A stretch of DNA of 48,952 nucleotides from an uncultured Clostridia bacterium (GCA_904501865.1 CAJGCF010000002.1:1-48952), one strand, 5' to 3'. Positions 18,740-27,931 are shown, counted from the first letter of the stretch. Program-made: numbers and translations. Notes: generated from the sequence alone by a model not told the origin.

Positions 18740-19765
18740 ATGGAGATAATGAAGGAATCCGAATTCCGTCGACAGATCAAGTCAGGACTTGGGAAATGCT
18801 ATCTTTTTTTCGGTGATGAGGACTATATGAAGAGCTTTGCCGTAAACGCGGCCATAGATGCAGTTTCACCCGATCCCACGCTCTCCTTTTTCAACGTTAT
18901 CAAGCTTGATTCATTCTCATATTCTCCCGATGCTTTACTCTCGGCTATTATGCCCGCGCCTATGATGGCGGATAAAAAGATAATAATTCTATCGGGGCTT
19001 GATTTTACGTCGATGAAGCAATCCGAGGCTGACGCGCTATGTCAGACCGTCGCTGCTCTTGATCAATATGATTATAACACGCTCATAATAAACACCGCTG
19101 CGGACTGCTTTGACGCGGGATTTTTGCCAAAGCGGCCCTCAAGTATGCTCCAAAAGCTCTCTGAGCATATGACTCCCGTTGCTTTTGAAAAAAACAGTCC
19201 TGCAAGGCTTTCCTCTTGGGTGTCAAAGCACTTTGAGCACAACGGCGTTCAGGCATCCCCTGAGGTGTGTGCTCTTGTGGTTGATCGTTGCGGCAGAGAT
19301 ATGTTTAATCTGTCCTCGGAGACGGATAAGATTTCCTTTTACGTCAAAGGAAACGGAAAGACCGAGGTCTTGTCTGCGGATGTTGAAGCGGTATCCGTGT
19401 CCGCCGATGAATACGATGCTTTCGCCTTTACGAACGCCATAGGCGCAAGAAGGAAGGACGCCGCGCTCAACGTTTTAATAGATATGAAGCTGAGACGTGT
19501 AGACCCCATAATCATTATGAGCGAGGTTACAAAGACCGTGTGCGATACTGTGGCGGTCAGGAAGCTTGCGTCCGAGGGGCTGACCTCGCGCGAGATTTCC
19601 GATATCCTTAAGCTTCACGAGTATAAAATATCAATTATTCTCAAAAATGACGTTGATCTTGAGATGTGCGAGAGATTGCTCGAGCGTTGCCGTGACGCCG
19701 ACCTTGAAATAAAGCTCTCAAGGGACGGATATGCGGTGCTTGAGAAGTTTATATGTACTATTTGA
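18740..19765 (+). CDS. holA: DNA polymerase III subunit delta
   Basis: About 341 aa from the ATG at 18740, with an AAAGGGGGG RBS. The N-terminus KCYLFFGDEDYMKSFAVNAAI fits the HolA pattern (YLLYGEEXYL), and length and helical C-terminus are consistent. Confidence 0.75.
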   Translation: MEIMKESEFRRQIKSGLGKCYLFFGDEDYMKSFAVNAAIDAVSPDPTLSFFNVIKLDSFSYSPDALLSAIMPAPMMADKKIIILSGLDFTSMKQSEADALCQTVAALDQYDYNTLIINTAADCFDAGFLPKRPSSMLQKLSEHMTPVAFEKNSPARLSSWVSKHFEHNGVQASPEVCALVVDRCGRDMFNLSSETDKISFYVKGNGKTEVLSADVEAVSVSADEYDAFAFTNAIGARRKDAALNVLIDMKLRRVDPIIIMSEVTKTVCDTVAVRKLASEGLTSREISDILKLHEYKISIILKNDVDLEMCERLLERCRDADLEIKLSRDGYAVLEKFICTI

Positions 19766-19926
19766 TTCTTGCGGTTTTCCACATTTTCAACAGATATTTC
19801 CACAGCATTTCCTTTTTAGTACAAGGGTTTTTGTCGTTTGCGAGCGTCGTCGCACGGCCTTTGCCGTAAGACGTCACAATATGGATGCGGTGCAGGATTT
19901 CTGTTTGTTATGAGTAAAAATAACTA

Positions 19927-19955
19927 TTGACAATTTCCATATAATGTTATATAAT
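19927..19955 (+). promoter_or_regulatory. Consensus sigma-A promoter for the HPr-like gene
   Basis: TTGACA (19927-19932), a 17-nt spacer, then TATAAT (19950-19955). Confidence 0.6.
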
Positions 19956-20007
19956 GTGGTTGTAAGTGATCTAGTGATCCAAAATAATCAGAGAAAGGAT
20001 AGAAAAA

Positions 20008-20238
20008 ATGACAGTTAACATTCAACTTAAAGAAATTAATGATGTTTATAAGCTTGTAAACATTCTCATAGGATTTCAAGGCGACGTGGACCTCGAGTCC
20101 GGAAAATACAAGGTTGACGGAAAGTCTATACTTGGAATCTTCAGCCTTGATCTCCGTCAGCCTATAAAGCTCACATATGAAGCTGAGGAGGGCGCCGAAA
20201 AGCTTTTAAGTCAGCTTGAGCCTTTCATAGCCGAATAA
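20008..20238 (+). CDS. HPr-like small protein lacking the His15 phosphorylation site
   Basis: 76 aa. DVDLESGKYKVDGKSILGIFSLDLRQPIKLTYEA aligns by eye with the HPr region [34 protein letters not shown], so the Ser46-type KSI(L/M)G motif is retained. There is no His in the N-terminal 20 residues. Confidence 0.7.
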   Translation: MTVNIQLKEINDVYKLVNILIGFQGDVDLESGKYKVDGKSILGIFSLDLRQPIKLTYEAEEGAEKLLSQLEPFIAE

Positions 20239-20240
20239 GG

Positions 20241-20265
20241 AAAAGGGCGGATATACCGCCCTTTT
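20241..20265 (+). terminator. Hairpin terminator after the HPr-like gene
   Basis: AAAAGGGCGG-ATATA-CCGCCCTTTT forms a 10-bp stem. The T-run is short (TTTT, then GAAATTT). Confidence 0.55.
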
Positions 20266-20291
20266 GAAATTTAATTTTTGTGGAGTCTAAG

Positions 20292-21683
20292 ATGAATCTT
20301 CTTGATACTATAACTGCGATAAGCACTCCGTTTGGCAAGGGCGGCATCGCTGTTCTGAGAATATCGGGCTCGGACGCGGGGGAGATAGCGGACAAGGTTT
20401 TCTGCCCTGCAAGCAAGAAAAAACTTGCGGATATTGAGAGCGGTCGTGCTGTGTACGGACAGATATATTCGAATAACAACGGACAAAAAGTTCAGATAGA
20501 CGACGGCATCGCCGTCTTTTTCCGTGCGCCCGCCTCGTTTACAGGCGAAGATACAGTAGAAATATCCTGCCACGGTGGCGTGCTTGTTACACAGAGAGTT
20601 CTTGAGGCTATTATGTGCGCGGGAGCGCGACTTGCTTTGCCCGGAGAATTTACAAAAAGAGCTTTTGTAAACGGAAAGCTCTCGCTTACCGAGGCCGAGG
20701 CGCTCGGAGATCTTTTAGAGGCTGCCACGGACGAGCAGATGGCTCTTGCTCGCTCGGGAATGAACGGCAAGCTCTCTACAGAGATAGGAAGCATATATGA
20801 TTCAATATGTAACGTCCTTGCGGCAATATACGCAAGGATAGACTATCCCGACGAGGATCTTGCCGACATAGGCCGCGAGGAGATGCTTGAGGTGACAAGA
20901 AAAAATCTTTCTAGCCTTGCGTCGTTGTGCGACACCTATTCCACGGGACACGCGGTCACTGAGGGAGTATCAACGGTCATAGTCGGAAGAACAAACGCAG
21001 GTAAAAGTACGCTGTATAACAGGATCGTCGGCAGAGACGCCGCGATAGTTACCGATATCGCGGGAACTACGAGAGACGTGCTTACGGAAAAGGCAAGGCT
21101 TGGCAGAGTTACACTTCGTTTGTCGGATACGGCAGGCTTGCGTGAATCCTGCGACGTTGTGGAGCAGATAGGTATAGACAGAGCCAAAAGCGAGGCAGAA
21201 CAAGCAGAGTTGATTCTCGCCGTGTTTGACGGAAGCAGAGCTCCCGACGGTGATGACGTTGAGTTTGTAAAATATCTTAAAACGCTAAAGGGTACTCGGA
21301 TCGCTATAATAAATAAGAGCGACCTTGGGATCCTTTCCTCTGTAACGGAGCTGGCACAAGATTTTGAATACGTGATCCCCTTCTCCGCAAACAGCGGTGA
21401 AGGCTCAGATCTGCTTCGAGAGACGGTTGAGCGCATATATATAGACAAAGATCTGAGGGTCGGTGAGGACGCTATAATTTCAAATGCGCGTCAGAATTCC
21501 GCGGCAACCCGCGCAAGGCAGACTCTTGAAGCTGCTATAAGCGCCATTGAGGGAGAGCTTCCTCTTGAGGTGTGTTGTGTCGAGGTGGAGAACTCTATTG
21601 CTATGCTTGGAGAGCTTGACGGAAGAGTCATATCAGAGGACATAGTCTCAAGGATATTTGCCAATTTTTGCGTTGGAAAGTAA
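20292..21683 (+). CDS. mnmE: tRNA modification GTPase MnmE
   Basis: MNLLDTITAISTPFGKGGIAVLRISG is the MnmE N-terminus. The G domain has GRTNAGKST and DTAGLR, and the protein ends in the C-terminal FCVGK motif. A GGAG RBS lies 7 nt upstream of the ATG at 20292. Confidence 0.92.
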   Translation: MNLLDTITAISTPFGKGGIAVLRISGSDAGEIADKVFCPASKKKLADIESGRAVYGQIYSNNNGQKVQIDDGIAVFFRAPASFTGEDTVEISCHGGVLVTQRVLEAIMCAGARLALPGEFTKRAFVNGKLSLTEAEALGDLLEAATDEQMALARSGMNGKLSTEIGSIYDSICNVLAAIYARIDYPDEDLADIGREEMLEVTRKNLSSLASLCDTYSTGHAVTEGVSTVIVGRTNAGKSTLYNRIVGRDAAIVTDIAGTTRDVLTEKARLGRVTLRLSDTAGLRESCDVVEQIGIDRAKSEAEQAELILAVFDGSRAPDGDDVEFVKYLKTLKGTRIAIINKSDLGILSSVTELAQDFEYVIPFSANSGEGSDLLRETVERIYIDKDLRVGEDAIISNARQNSAATRARQTLEAAISAIEGELPLEVCCVEVENSIAMLGELDGRVISEDIVSRIFANFCVGK

Positions 21684-21708
21684 TCATAGGATTTGAAAGG
21701 GACAAGAG

Positions 21709-22476
21709 ATGAAAATTCTTGCTATCGGAGATATAGTTGGCACGCGAGCCATCGCACATCTCAAGCAAAGACTTTGGAATATAAGGGACAGATATAAAAT
21801 AGATTTCGTTATTGCCAACGGTGAGAATGCCAGTGAGATACACGGGCTTTCCTCGTCTGATGCCAGAGCTGTTCTTGACACGGGCGTGGATTTTATCACT
21901 ATGGGCAATCACACGTGGAACAAACGAGATATATACGCTTTTCTGGACGCTAATCCCGAGACGATAATTCGTCCTGCAAATTATCCCGGCAGTGCCCCCG
22001 GGTATGGGTACTACATAGTTGACATTCAGGGGTACAAGATGCTGATTATGAACGTGCTTGGACAGGTGTTTATGGACGCTGTCGGAGACCCATTTGACGC
22101 AGTTGAGCTCATACTTGCCAGAGAAGAAGGAAACTACGATATTTCCATTCTGGATATTCACGCCGAGGCGACAAGTGAAAAGTACGCTATTGCAAGAGCC
22201 TTTGATGGCAAGGTGGATATTATGTTTGGTACGCATACCCACGTGCCTACCGCCGATGCGCACATACTGCCGAGCGGATCCGCATATGTGACTGATCTCG
22301 GAATGACGGGACCGCGCAACGGAGTTCTCGGTGTTGACGCCGAGCGGACCCTTACCAAAATGAGAATGCATATGCCCGCGCAATTTGTAGTGGCAGACGG
22401 AGAGATAAAAGCCGACGCCGTTATATTTGACCTTGACGGAGACCGAGTGGTGGGAGTTCAGCGTATAGAATTTTAA
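21709..22476 (+). CDS. ymdB: YmdB-family metallophosphoesterase (2',3'-cyclic-nucleotide phosphodiesterase-like)
   Basis: 255 aa. MKILAIGDIVG...VIANGENAS...GNHTWN...DIHAEATSEK...GTHTHVPTAD are the characteristic YmdB metal-binding blocks. Confidence 0.85.
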   Translation: MKILAIGDIVGTRAIAHLKQRLWNIRDRYKIDFVIANGENASEIHGLSSSDARAVLDTGVDFITMGNHTWNKRDIYAFLDANPETIIRPANYPGSAPGYGYYIVDIQGYKMLIMNVLGQVFMDAVGDPFDAVELILAREEGNYDISILDIHAEATSEKYAIARAFDGKVDIMFGTHTHVPTADAHILPSGSAYVTDLGMTGPRNGVLGVDAERTLTKMRMHMPAQFVVADGEIKADAVIFDLDGDRVVGVQRIEF

Positions 22477-22498
22477 ATTTAAACTGTGTGGAGAAAAA

Positions 22499-23011
22499 AT
22501 GATAATAAGAAGATCGGCGCCCGAGGATGTTGAATTTCTGCTTGCAATATTTGACGAGGCGAGACGAACCATAGCGACACTTGGGATAGATCAATGGCAA
22601 AAGGGATATCCGTCTGAAGATATTGTGACGTCGGATATCAATGCCGAGAGATCCTACTGTGTCATATCAGGCGGCGAGATATGTGGGACGTTCGCAATAA
22701 TACGGGATGGGGAGCCCACGTATGACTCAATATATGGCGGAGAATGGTTGACGGGCAACGGAAAAGACCACTATCTTGCCATACACAGAGTCGCGATATC
22801 TGTTAAGAGCCGCGGAAGTGGTATGTCCACCGAGATAATAAATTATGCCATAAATCTTGCAAAAAAGAGTGGCAAAAAGTCCTTACGCATAGATACTCAC
22901 AAGGGCAACAAGGTAATGAGACGTATGCTTGAAAAGCACGGTTTTGTGCACTGCGGAACTATATATCTTGAGGACGGAGACGAGCGCGTGGCGTACGAGA
23001 AATTATTGTAA
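22499..23011 (+). CDS. GNAT family N-acetyltransferase
   Basis: 170 aa. The acetyl-CoA binding block is IHRVAISVKSRGSGMSTEIINYAINLAK (Q/RxxGxG/A type). GGAG RBS. Confidence 0.8.
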   Translation: MIIRRSAPEDVEFLLAIFDEARRTIATLGIDQWQKGYPSEDIVTSDINAERSYCVISGGEICGTFAIIRDGEPTYDSIYGGEWLTGNGKDHYLAIHRVAISVKSRGSGMSTEIINYAINLAKKSGKKSLRIDTHKGNKVMRRMLEKHGFVHCGTIYLEDGDERVAYEKLL

Positions 23012-23019
23012 TATGAAAC

Positions 23020-23052
23020 AAAAAGGCTGTCTGCGAAAGCAGACAGCTTTTT
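23020..23052. terminator. Bidirectional terminator between the GNAT gene and transketolase
   Basis: GCTGTCTGC-GAAA-GCAGACAGC (23026-23047) is flanked by an A-run and a T-run. Confidence 0.7.
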
Positions 23053-23058
23053 GCTTTA

Positions 23059-23997
23059 TTACTTCATTTTAAGTGCGGCACGAGCCTTGTTTGCGATGTT
23101 CTCGGCAGTAAGTCCGTATTCCTCAAGCAGAGGAGGGACCTTGCCGGATTTTCCGAATCTGTCCTCAACGCCTACTCTCAACATAGGAACGGGGCAGCTC
23201 TCGCACAATACCTCCGCAACCGCAGAGCCGAGGCCGCCAATGATGTTGTGCTCCTCTGCGGAGACTATCGCGCCTGTTTCCTTTGCAGCCTTAATAATGA
23301 TATCTTTATCAACAGGCTTTATGGTATGTATGTTTATAACTCTTGCATCTATTCCCTCTTTTGCGAGCGCTTCCGCCGCCTCAAGCGCCATAGATACCAT
23401 GATTCCCGTGGCTACGATGGTAACGTCTGCTCCGTCACGGAGAAGCACGCCCTTGCCTATCTCAAATCTGTAATCGGGGGAATCATTGATGACCTCGACT
23501 GCGGCTCTTCCAAATCTCATATAAAAGGGGCCGTAGGTCTGTATAGCCGCTTCGACTGCCGCGCGCGCCTCGACTGCGTCAGAGGGATTTATCACGGTCA
23601 TTCCGGGTATAGTCCTCATAAGCGCTATGTCCTCAAGGCATTGGTGGGTAGCTCCGTCCTCGCCGACGGTGATTCCTGCGTGAGTAGCGCCTATCTTTAC
23701 GTTAAGGTGAGGATAGCCCACGTTGTTTCTTACCTGCTCAAACGCACGTCCCGCTGCGAACATGGCAAACGACGACGCGAATGCCGTCTTGCCCGCCGCC
23801 GCAAGACCTGCGGCTGTAGATATCATGTTGCCCTCTGCGATTCCGCAATCGAAAAATCTTTCGGGGTGCGCTTTTGCAAAGTATATTGTCTTAGTAGCCT
23901 CAGCAAGGTCGGCGTCCAGAACTACGTAGTCGTATTTGTCGGCAAATTCAACCAATGCTTTACCGTATGCTTCTCTTGTCGCGATCTTTTCTGCCAT
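23059..23997 (-). CDS. Transketolase, C-terminal (pyrimidine-binding) subunit
   Basis: 312 aa. TREAYGKALVEF...FDCGIAEGNMISTAAGLA...GATHQCLEDIALMR is the split-transketolase B subunit pattern. AAGGAG RBS. Confidence 0.9.
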   Translation of the reverse strand: MAEKIATREAYGKALVEFADKYDYVVLDADLAEATKTIYFAKAHPERFFDCGIAEGNMISTAAGLAAAGKTAFASSFAMFAAGRAFEQVRNNVGYPHLNVKIGATHAGITVGEDGATHQCLEDIALMRTIPGMTVINPSDAVEARAAVEAAIQTYGPFYMRFGRAAVEVINDSPDYRFEIGKGVLLRDGADVTIVATGIMVSMALEAAEALAKEGIDARVINIHTIKPVDKDIIIKAAKETGAIVSAEEHNIIGGLGSAVAEVLCESCPVPMLRVGVEDRFGKSGKVPPLLEEYGLTAENIANKARAALKMK

Positions 23998-24009
23998 TTT
24001 TACGTCTCC

Positions 24010-24837
24010 TTACATTGATGCTTTTATCTCTGTGACAGCCGCGAGATAATCGGGATCCTTGGGCGCGCTGCCGTGCCAATTTACCTTGTTTTCCATGAAG
24101 GAAACGCCCTTGCCCTTCACGGTATTGGCGACGATAGCCGTAGGCTTGCCCTTACATGCTTTAGCCGCCTTGAATGCGGATTCTATCTCATCAAAATTAT
24201 GTCCGTCTATTGTGATAACATTGTATCCAAATGCCTCCAGCTTGCTCTCGAAGGGAGCGGGGCCTATGACGTCGGCAACAGGACCGTCTATTTGGAGCTT
24301 GTTGTAATCTATTATTACACAGAGGTTGTCCAGCTTGTAGTGATTAGCGAACATAGACGCCTCCCACACCTGACCTTCCTCGCTCTCTCCGTCTCCGAGG
24401 ATGGTATAAACTCTGTAATCCTTTTTGTCAAGCTTAGCCGCGAGAGCCATTCCGCAAGCAGCCGAAATGCCAAGGCCCAAAGAGCCTGTGGTCATATCTA
24501 CTCCGGGTATTCCCTTCATATCGGGGTGTCCCTGTAGTCTGCTGTCAATCTGACGCAAGGTGGAAAGCTCTTCAAATGTGAAGAACCCCTTTATTGCAAG
24601 CGCGGAATACAGACCGGGGGCTGTGTGTCCCTTTGAAAGCACGAATCTGTCTCTGTCGGGATTTTTGGGATCCTCGGGATACACGGTCATCTCTTCAAAA
24701 TAAAGATATGCCAGAATATCCGCTATTGATAGCGAGCCGCCGGGGTGTCCCGACTGAGCTGCGTGGGTGGATTCAATAATACCAAGTCGTATTTTCGCCG
24801 CGATCTGCGACAGCTCTTGTAGCTTTGATCGTTCCAT
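24010..24837 (-). CDS. Transketolase, N-terminal (TPP-binding) subunit
   Basis: SGHPGGSLS, DRFVLSKGH and GDGESEEGQVWEA motifs are present. I prefer the ATG at 24837 (AAAGGA RBS). The ATG at 24867 lies only about 4 nt downstream of the predicted transcription start. Confidence 0.9.
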   Translation of the reverse strand: MERSKLQELSQIAAKIRLGIIESTHAAQSGHPGGSLSIADILAYLYFEEMTVYPEDPKNPDRDRFVLSKGHTAPGLYSALAIKGFFTFEELSTLRQIDSRLQGHPDMKGIPGVDMTTGSLGLGISAACGMALAAKLDKKDYRVYTILGDGESEEGQVWEASMFANHYKLDNLCVIIDYNKLQIDGPVADVIGPAPFESKLEAFGYNVITIDGHNFDEIESAFKAAKACKGKPTAIVANTVKGKGVSFMENKVNWHGSAPKDPDYLAAVTEIKASM

Positions 24838-24877
24838 TGTCCTGTCCTTTCGGGGAGTTATAAACATTTACATAGAC

Positions 24878-24906
24878 ATTATACTATAAAATACCTTGAA
24901 TGTCAA
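24878..24906 (-). promoter_or_regulatory. Consensus sigma-A promoter for the transketolase operon
   Basis: On the minus strand: TTGACA (24906-24901), a 17-nt spacer, then TATAAT (24883-24878). Confidence 0.6.
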
Positions 24907-24940
24907 CGAGAAAAACAACTTTTTCTCACACAAAAAAGAA

Positions 24941-25483
24941 TTATTCAAAAGAAAAATCACTCAAAGTCAGAACTATCTGCCTGCCGCTCGTGTTCCCTTG
25001 TATTTTATAGGGAGCTTGTGAATTATCCTTAAAATAATACGAGAGATCTTGGTGCTCGTTCTTTATTTGAACGACTTTTTCGCCATTATCCGTTTTTTTA
25101 ATTGACGAGTATTCCACGTTGCCCAAAAGGGTGTAAAATGGCACGAGGAGCTCCCTGTACTCTGATCCCTCGGCACACAATGATCCTATTCTTGCTGACG
25201 TAGATCCGTCTGAGAAAAGAGTTACGGTAAGCCTCTCGAGCTCTTGCGGTGACATAAATATGACGGTCATAACAGACGTCCTTTGGCTTTTTGTGCTCTC
25301 CGGAGTATAATATACAGTTGCATTTATCTGCGAGTTGTCGATGTTGCCCTCTGCCTTGACGGTAAAAGGAGGAGAAGCATAAGCAAAGCAATCAGTGCCC
25401 GATGCGACGCCGCAGGAGTTCAAAAAAACAATAGCGAACGCCAAAAACAACAAAAATCCTATAGCAGAAGCAGTGGATCTCAA
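24941..25483 (-). CDS. Hypothetical lipoprotein
   Basis: 180 aa with a TTG start and a GGAGG RBS 7 nt upstream. The signal peptide with lipobox is GFLLFLAFAIVFLNSCG. I recognise no family. The hairpin GAGAAAAA-CAAC-TTTTTCTC at 24908-24927 follows the stop. Confidence 0.6.
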   Translation of the reverse strand: MRSTASAIGFLLFLAFAIVFLNSCGVASGTDCFAYASPPFTVKAEGNIDNSQINATVYYTPESTKSQRTSVMTVIFMSPQELERLTVTLFSDGSTSARIGSLCAEGSEYRELLVPFYTLLGNVEYSSIKKTDNGEKVVQIKNEHQDLSYYFKDNSQAPYKIQGNTSGRQIVLTLSDFSFE

Positions 25484-25574
25484 ATCAAAACCTCCAAGCC
25501 TTGTTATATGTGTAATATTATATGCGGAGGGGACTCTATAAATTACTCAAAATAATAAAAATTCAAAACAACTA

Positions 25575-25603
25575 TTGCAATATTTGTCTGAACATGATAT
25601 AAT
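25575..25603 (+). promoter_or_regulatory. Sigma-A type promoter for the DUF5722-like/AraC gene pair
   Basis: TTGCAA (25575-25580), a 17-nt spacer, then TATAAT (25598-25603) with a TGn extension. The leader contains the 13-bp palindrome GACAAT-A-ATTGTC at 25626-25638. Confidence 0.6.
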
Positions 25604-25698
25604 AAATGTGGAATTTTAGCCACGTGACAATAATTGTCCAGTAATTTATGCCCGAAATATGTGGTTTAAAAAATATTAGAGCAAAGGGAAAATTGCAA

Positions 25699-27912
25699 AT
25701 GAAAACCAAAAGTATATTTCGCGCAATATTGCTATTCATTCTGATTATGACTTCGGCATTATTTATATGCTCATGCTCGCAGGATCCCGAGCAGACGGAG
25801 ATATATGAGGTAACCATAAAAAACAACAAGCAGACCGTTAGTCTGAAAGCTTTTCTTGACGATCAGTACATTGAGGAGCATAAGGGCGAGTCGGTGTATC
25901 TGCTGGCCTTGACTACTCCCTACACCGTGGAGCTTGACGATTCTGTCATAGTTTTGGCAGATGCAAAGGTCAAGGAAAAGTTGACTTTTGAATTCAAGCT
26001 GAATGACGAGAGTCAAGGCACGCATCTGTCGCGTGCGTTTGTGTTGGCACGCAAGTCATCAGATGCCGACGAAACGGATTCCGAATATATAGCTATTACC
26101 GATGCCGCATACATAAGCAATCCTGATGTTCTCGCGACGAACAAGGTCAAGCCTGTGGATCCGTCGGGAATAAAGGGCGTGTCATCGGACGATGTTTACG
26201 AGGCGGCATATCTGGGCGCGGAGCATATTTTGCTCGAGGCTTATATTAACGATATCCTTTTATACGAATATCAGCCGCAGGCTATTCATTATGTTTTTGA
26301 CGGCGTTTCATACTATTTTGACGAAGAGACCGTCAACCGTATGGATAAAGCGATAAAAGAGGCAAACGCTCTTGGATTGCGCGTTTATCTGCGAACAGCT
26401 CTTAAATATCCTGCCACCGACAAATACGGGGAATATGAAAAATCTCCTGTTCTATCTCTATATTGCCCCAAGATCAAAAAAGGATGCTCAGGTTATGCCG
26501 TGAATATGAATGACAGTGAAGCTTTCAGATATATTCAAGCATTTTATTCATTTCTCGCCGCAAGATATTCGGGGGATAACGGTAATGTGACCGATTACAT
26601 TATCGGAGACCGCGTGAATGAATATTCTTCATATTGCAATACATCTTATTCCAAGGAGGAGTTTGAAGGCATTTATCACGCTTGGGTGAGAGCGGCAAGC
26701 AATACCTTAAGATCCATAAACCCGTCTGCAGAGATATACATTTCGATAAGTAATGTGTGGAGAGAAGAAGGATCATCCTCCAATATAGGAGCGCAGGCCT
26801 TTCTGGAAAGATTTGCTACCCGTTCAAAATCCGGAGGAGATTTTGCATGGAGCGTGGCATTGAATTTGGGAGATGGGGAGGATCTTTCGTCCTTGTTATC
26901 GGGAGAGGGCTGGGAATATTCCACTCTCGGTATAAACAACATCAAGAGCTTTGTGGATCTTATGCACAGTGACGCTCTGCGGCACTTGGAAAAGGAAAGA
27001 AGGTACATTATAGACGGGCTTGCTCTATCGGAAAAGACCAGTGAAAAAAACAGAGCGGCATATTACGCATATTCCTATTATCGAGCTGCGGAGCTTGGAT
27101 TTGATGCTTTCATCTATTCGGCAAGAGAGGATGAGTCTTCGCTTTACAGCGCGGGAGGAAACAGATCTGAATTGTATTATGCGTTTCTTATGTGCGGCAG
27201 TAATATGACTACACAGCTTGAGGGATACGTATCAAAGGTAAAGGATGCGGAAATGCCGAATTTTGCAGAATATACCTCAAGAAAGTTAAAATATGAGCAG
27301 ACTGCCAAGCTTGAGCTTAGCTCGTCTGTTGTGAAAAACAGATCCGAGATACCCTTTGAGTTATATGAGCTTGAAGCGGCGGGCAGTGCATACAATGTCC
27401 GCATTAAGCTGAACAAGGACGCGGAAAGCGGGGATTATTACAAAACATTATTGCTTGAGTCCGACTCGTCAAAGTATATAGGAGCCGCGACCGTGGTCGG
27501 GGTGCCTGCTAAGGAGGTAATATCGTCGGGATATATCGGTGTTACGGTCTCAGCGGCGGACTGTGGCAAAATAGCTATTATCGTATCAAATCAACAGAAC
27601 TCAGCGGCTTACGTGGGCGAAACGGAGGTTATAGATGGCGAGATGACATATTATTTTAACATTACAGATCTTACGTCAGAAGTTAAATCATCAGATGCGC
27701 TCAACGTTTCCGTTTGCATCCTGCCTGATGCAGAAGAAGACGTTTCATGCGTAGAAATAAAGGACATTGCGCTATACGGATCGTCGCATAAAGGTGCTCG
27801 CACCGTAATAACCGTAGTCATCGTGGCGGTGTCTGCGCTTGCCTTGTGTGCCATTATGTTCTTGCTTGCAAGAAGTCGCAAAAGAAAGTTACGTAGTACT
27901 CACGACCAATAA
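25699..27912 (+). CDS. Surface-exposed DUF5722-like (glycoside-hydrolase-like TIM barrel) protein with an N-terminal lipoprotein signal and a C-terminal TM anchor
   Basis: I prefer the ATG at 25699: MKTKSIFRAILLFILIMTSALFICSCS has a lipobox. The central region (GIKGVSSDD, LGLRVYLRTAL, YIIGDRVNEY, IIDGLALSEK...AAYYAYSYYRAAELGFDAFIYSARED) resembles my recollection of the DUF5722 family. The C-terminus is TVITVVIVAVSALALCAIMFLLARSRKRK. Confidence 0.55.
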   Translation: MKTKSIFRAILLFILIMTSALFICSCSQDPEQTEIYEVTIKNNKQTVSLKAFLDDQYIEEHKGESVYLLALTTPYTVELDDSVIVLADAKVKEKLTFEFKLNDESQGTHLSRAFVLARKSSDADETDSEYIAITDAAYISNPDVLATNKVKPVDPSGIKGVSSDDVYEAAYLGAEHILLEAYINDILLYEYQPQAIHYVFDGVSYYFDEETVNRMDKAIKEANALGLRVYLRTALKYPATDKYGEYEKSPVLSLYCPKIKKGCSGYAVNMNDSEAFRYIQAFYSFLAARYSGDNGNVTDYIIGDRVNEYSSYCNTSYSKEEFEGIYHAWVRAASNTLRSINPSAEIYISISNVWREEGSSSNIGAQAFLERFATRSKSGGDFAWSVALNLGDGEDLSSLLSGEGWEYSTLGINNIKSFVDLMHSDALRHLEKERRYIIDGLALSEKTSEKNRAAYYAYSYYRAAELGFDAFIYSAREDESSLYSAGGNRSELYYAFLMCGSNMTTQLEGYVSKVKDAEMPNFAEYTSRKLKYEQTAKLELSSSVVKNRSEIPFELYELEAAGSAYNVRIKLNKDAESGDYYKTLLLESDSSKYIGAATVVGVPAKEVISSGYIGVTVSAADCGKIAIIVSNQQNSAAYVGETEVIDGEMTYYFNITDLTSEVKSSDALNVSVCILPDAEEDVSCVEIKDIALYGSSHKGARTVITVVIVAVSALALCAIMFLLARSRKRKLRSTHDQ

Positions 27913-27931
27913 CGCAAAGGTGGATTGTATT

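Noticed and set aside
19774-19803. Two DnaA-box-like motifs (TTTTCCACA and ATTTCCACA) downstream of holA, plus weak box-like 9-mers upstream of rpmH (16952-17103), considered as a possible oriC
   Set aside because: There are only two imperfect boxes, with no AT-rich unwinding element and no dnaA/dnaN nearby. The isolated TGTGGATAA matches at about 12945 and 48404 are inside coding regions. This is not enough evidence for an origin.
21628-22572. 314-aa ORF antisense to ymdB. Similar long antisense ORFs occur at 1293-2099, 14305-15096, 23248-24018, 29105-29863, 29990-30691, 32925-33653 and 43292-44026.
   Set aside because: Each lies fully opposite a confidently recognised conserved gene. Their composition is low-complexity or Ser/Arg/Cys-rich, and they have no RBS and no recognisable motifs. 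This is typical of shadow ORFs in mid-GC genomes.
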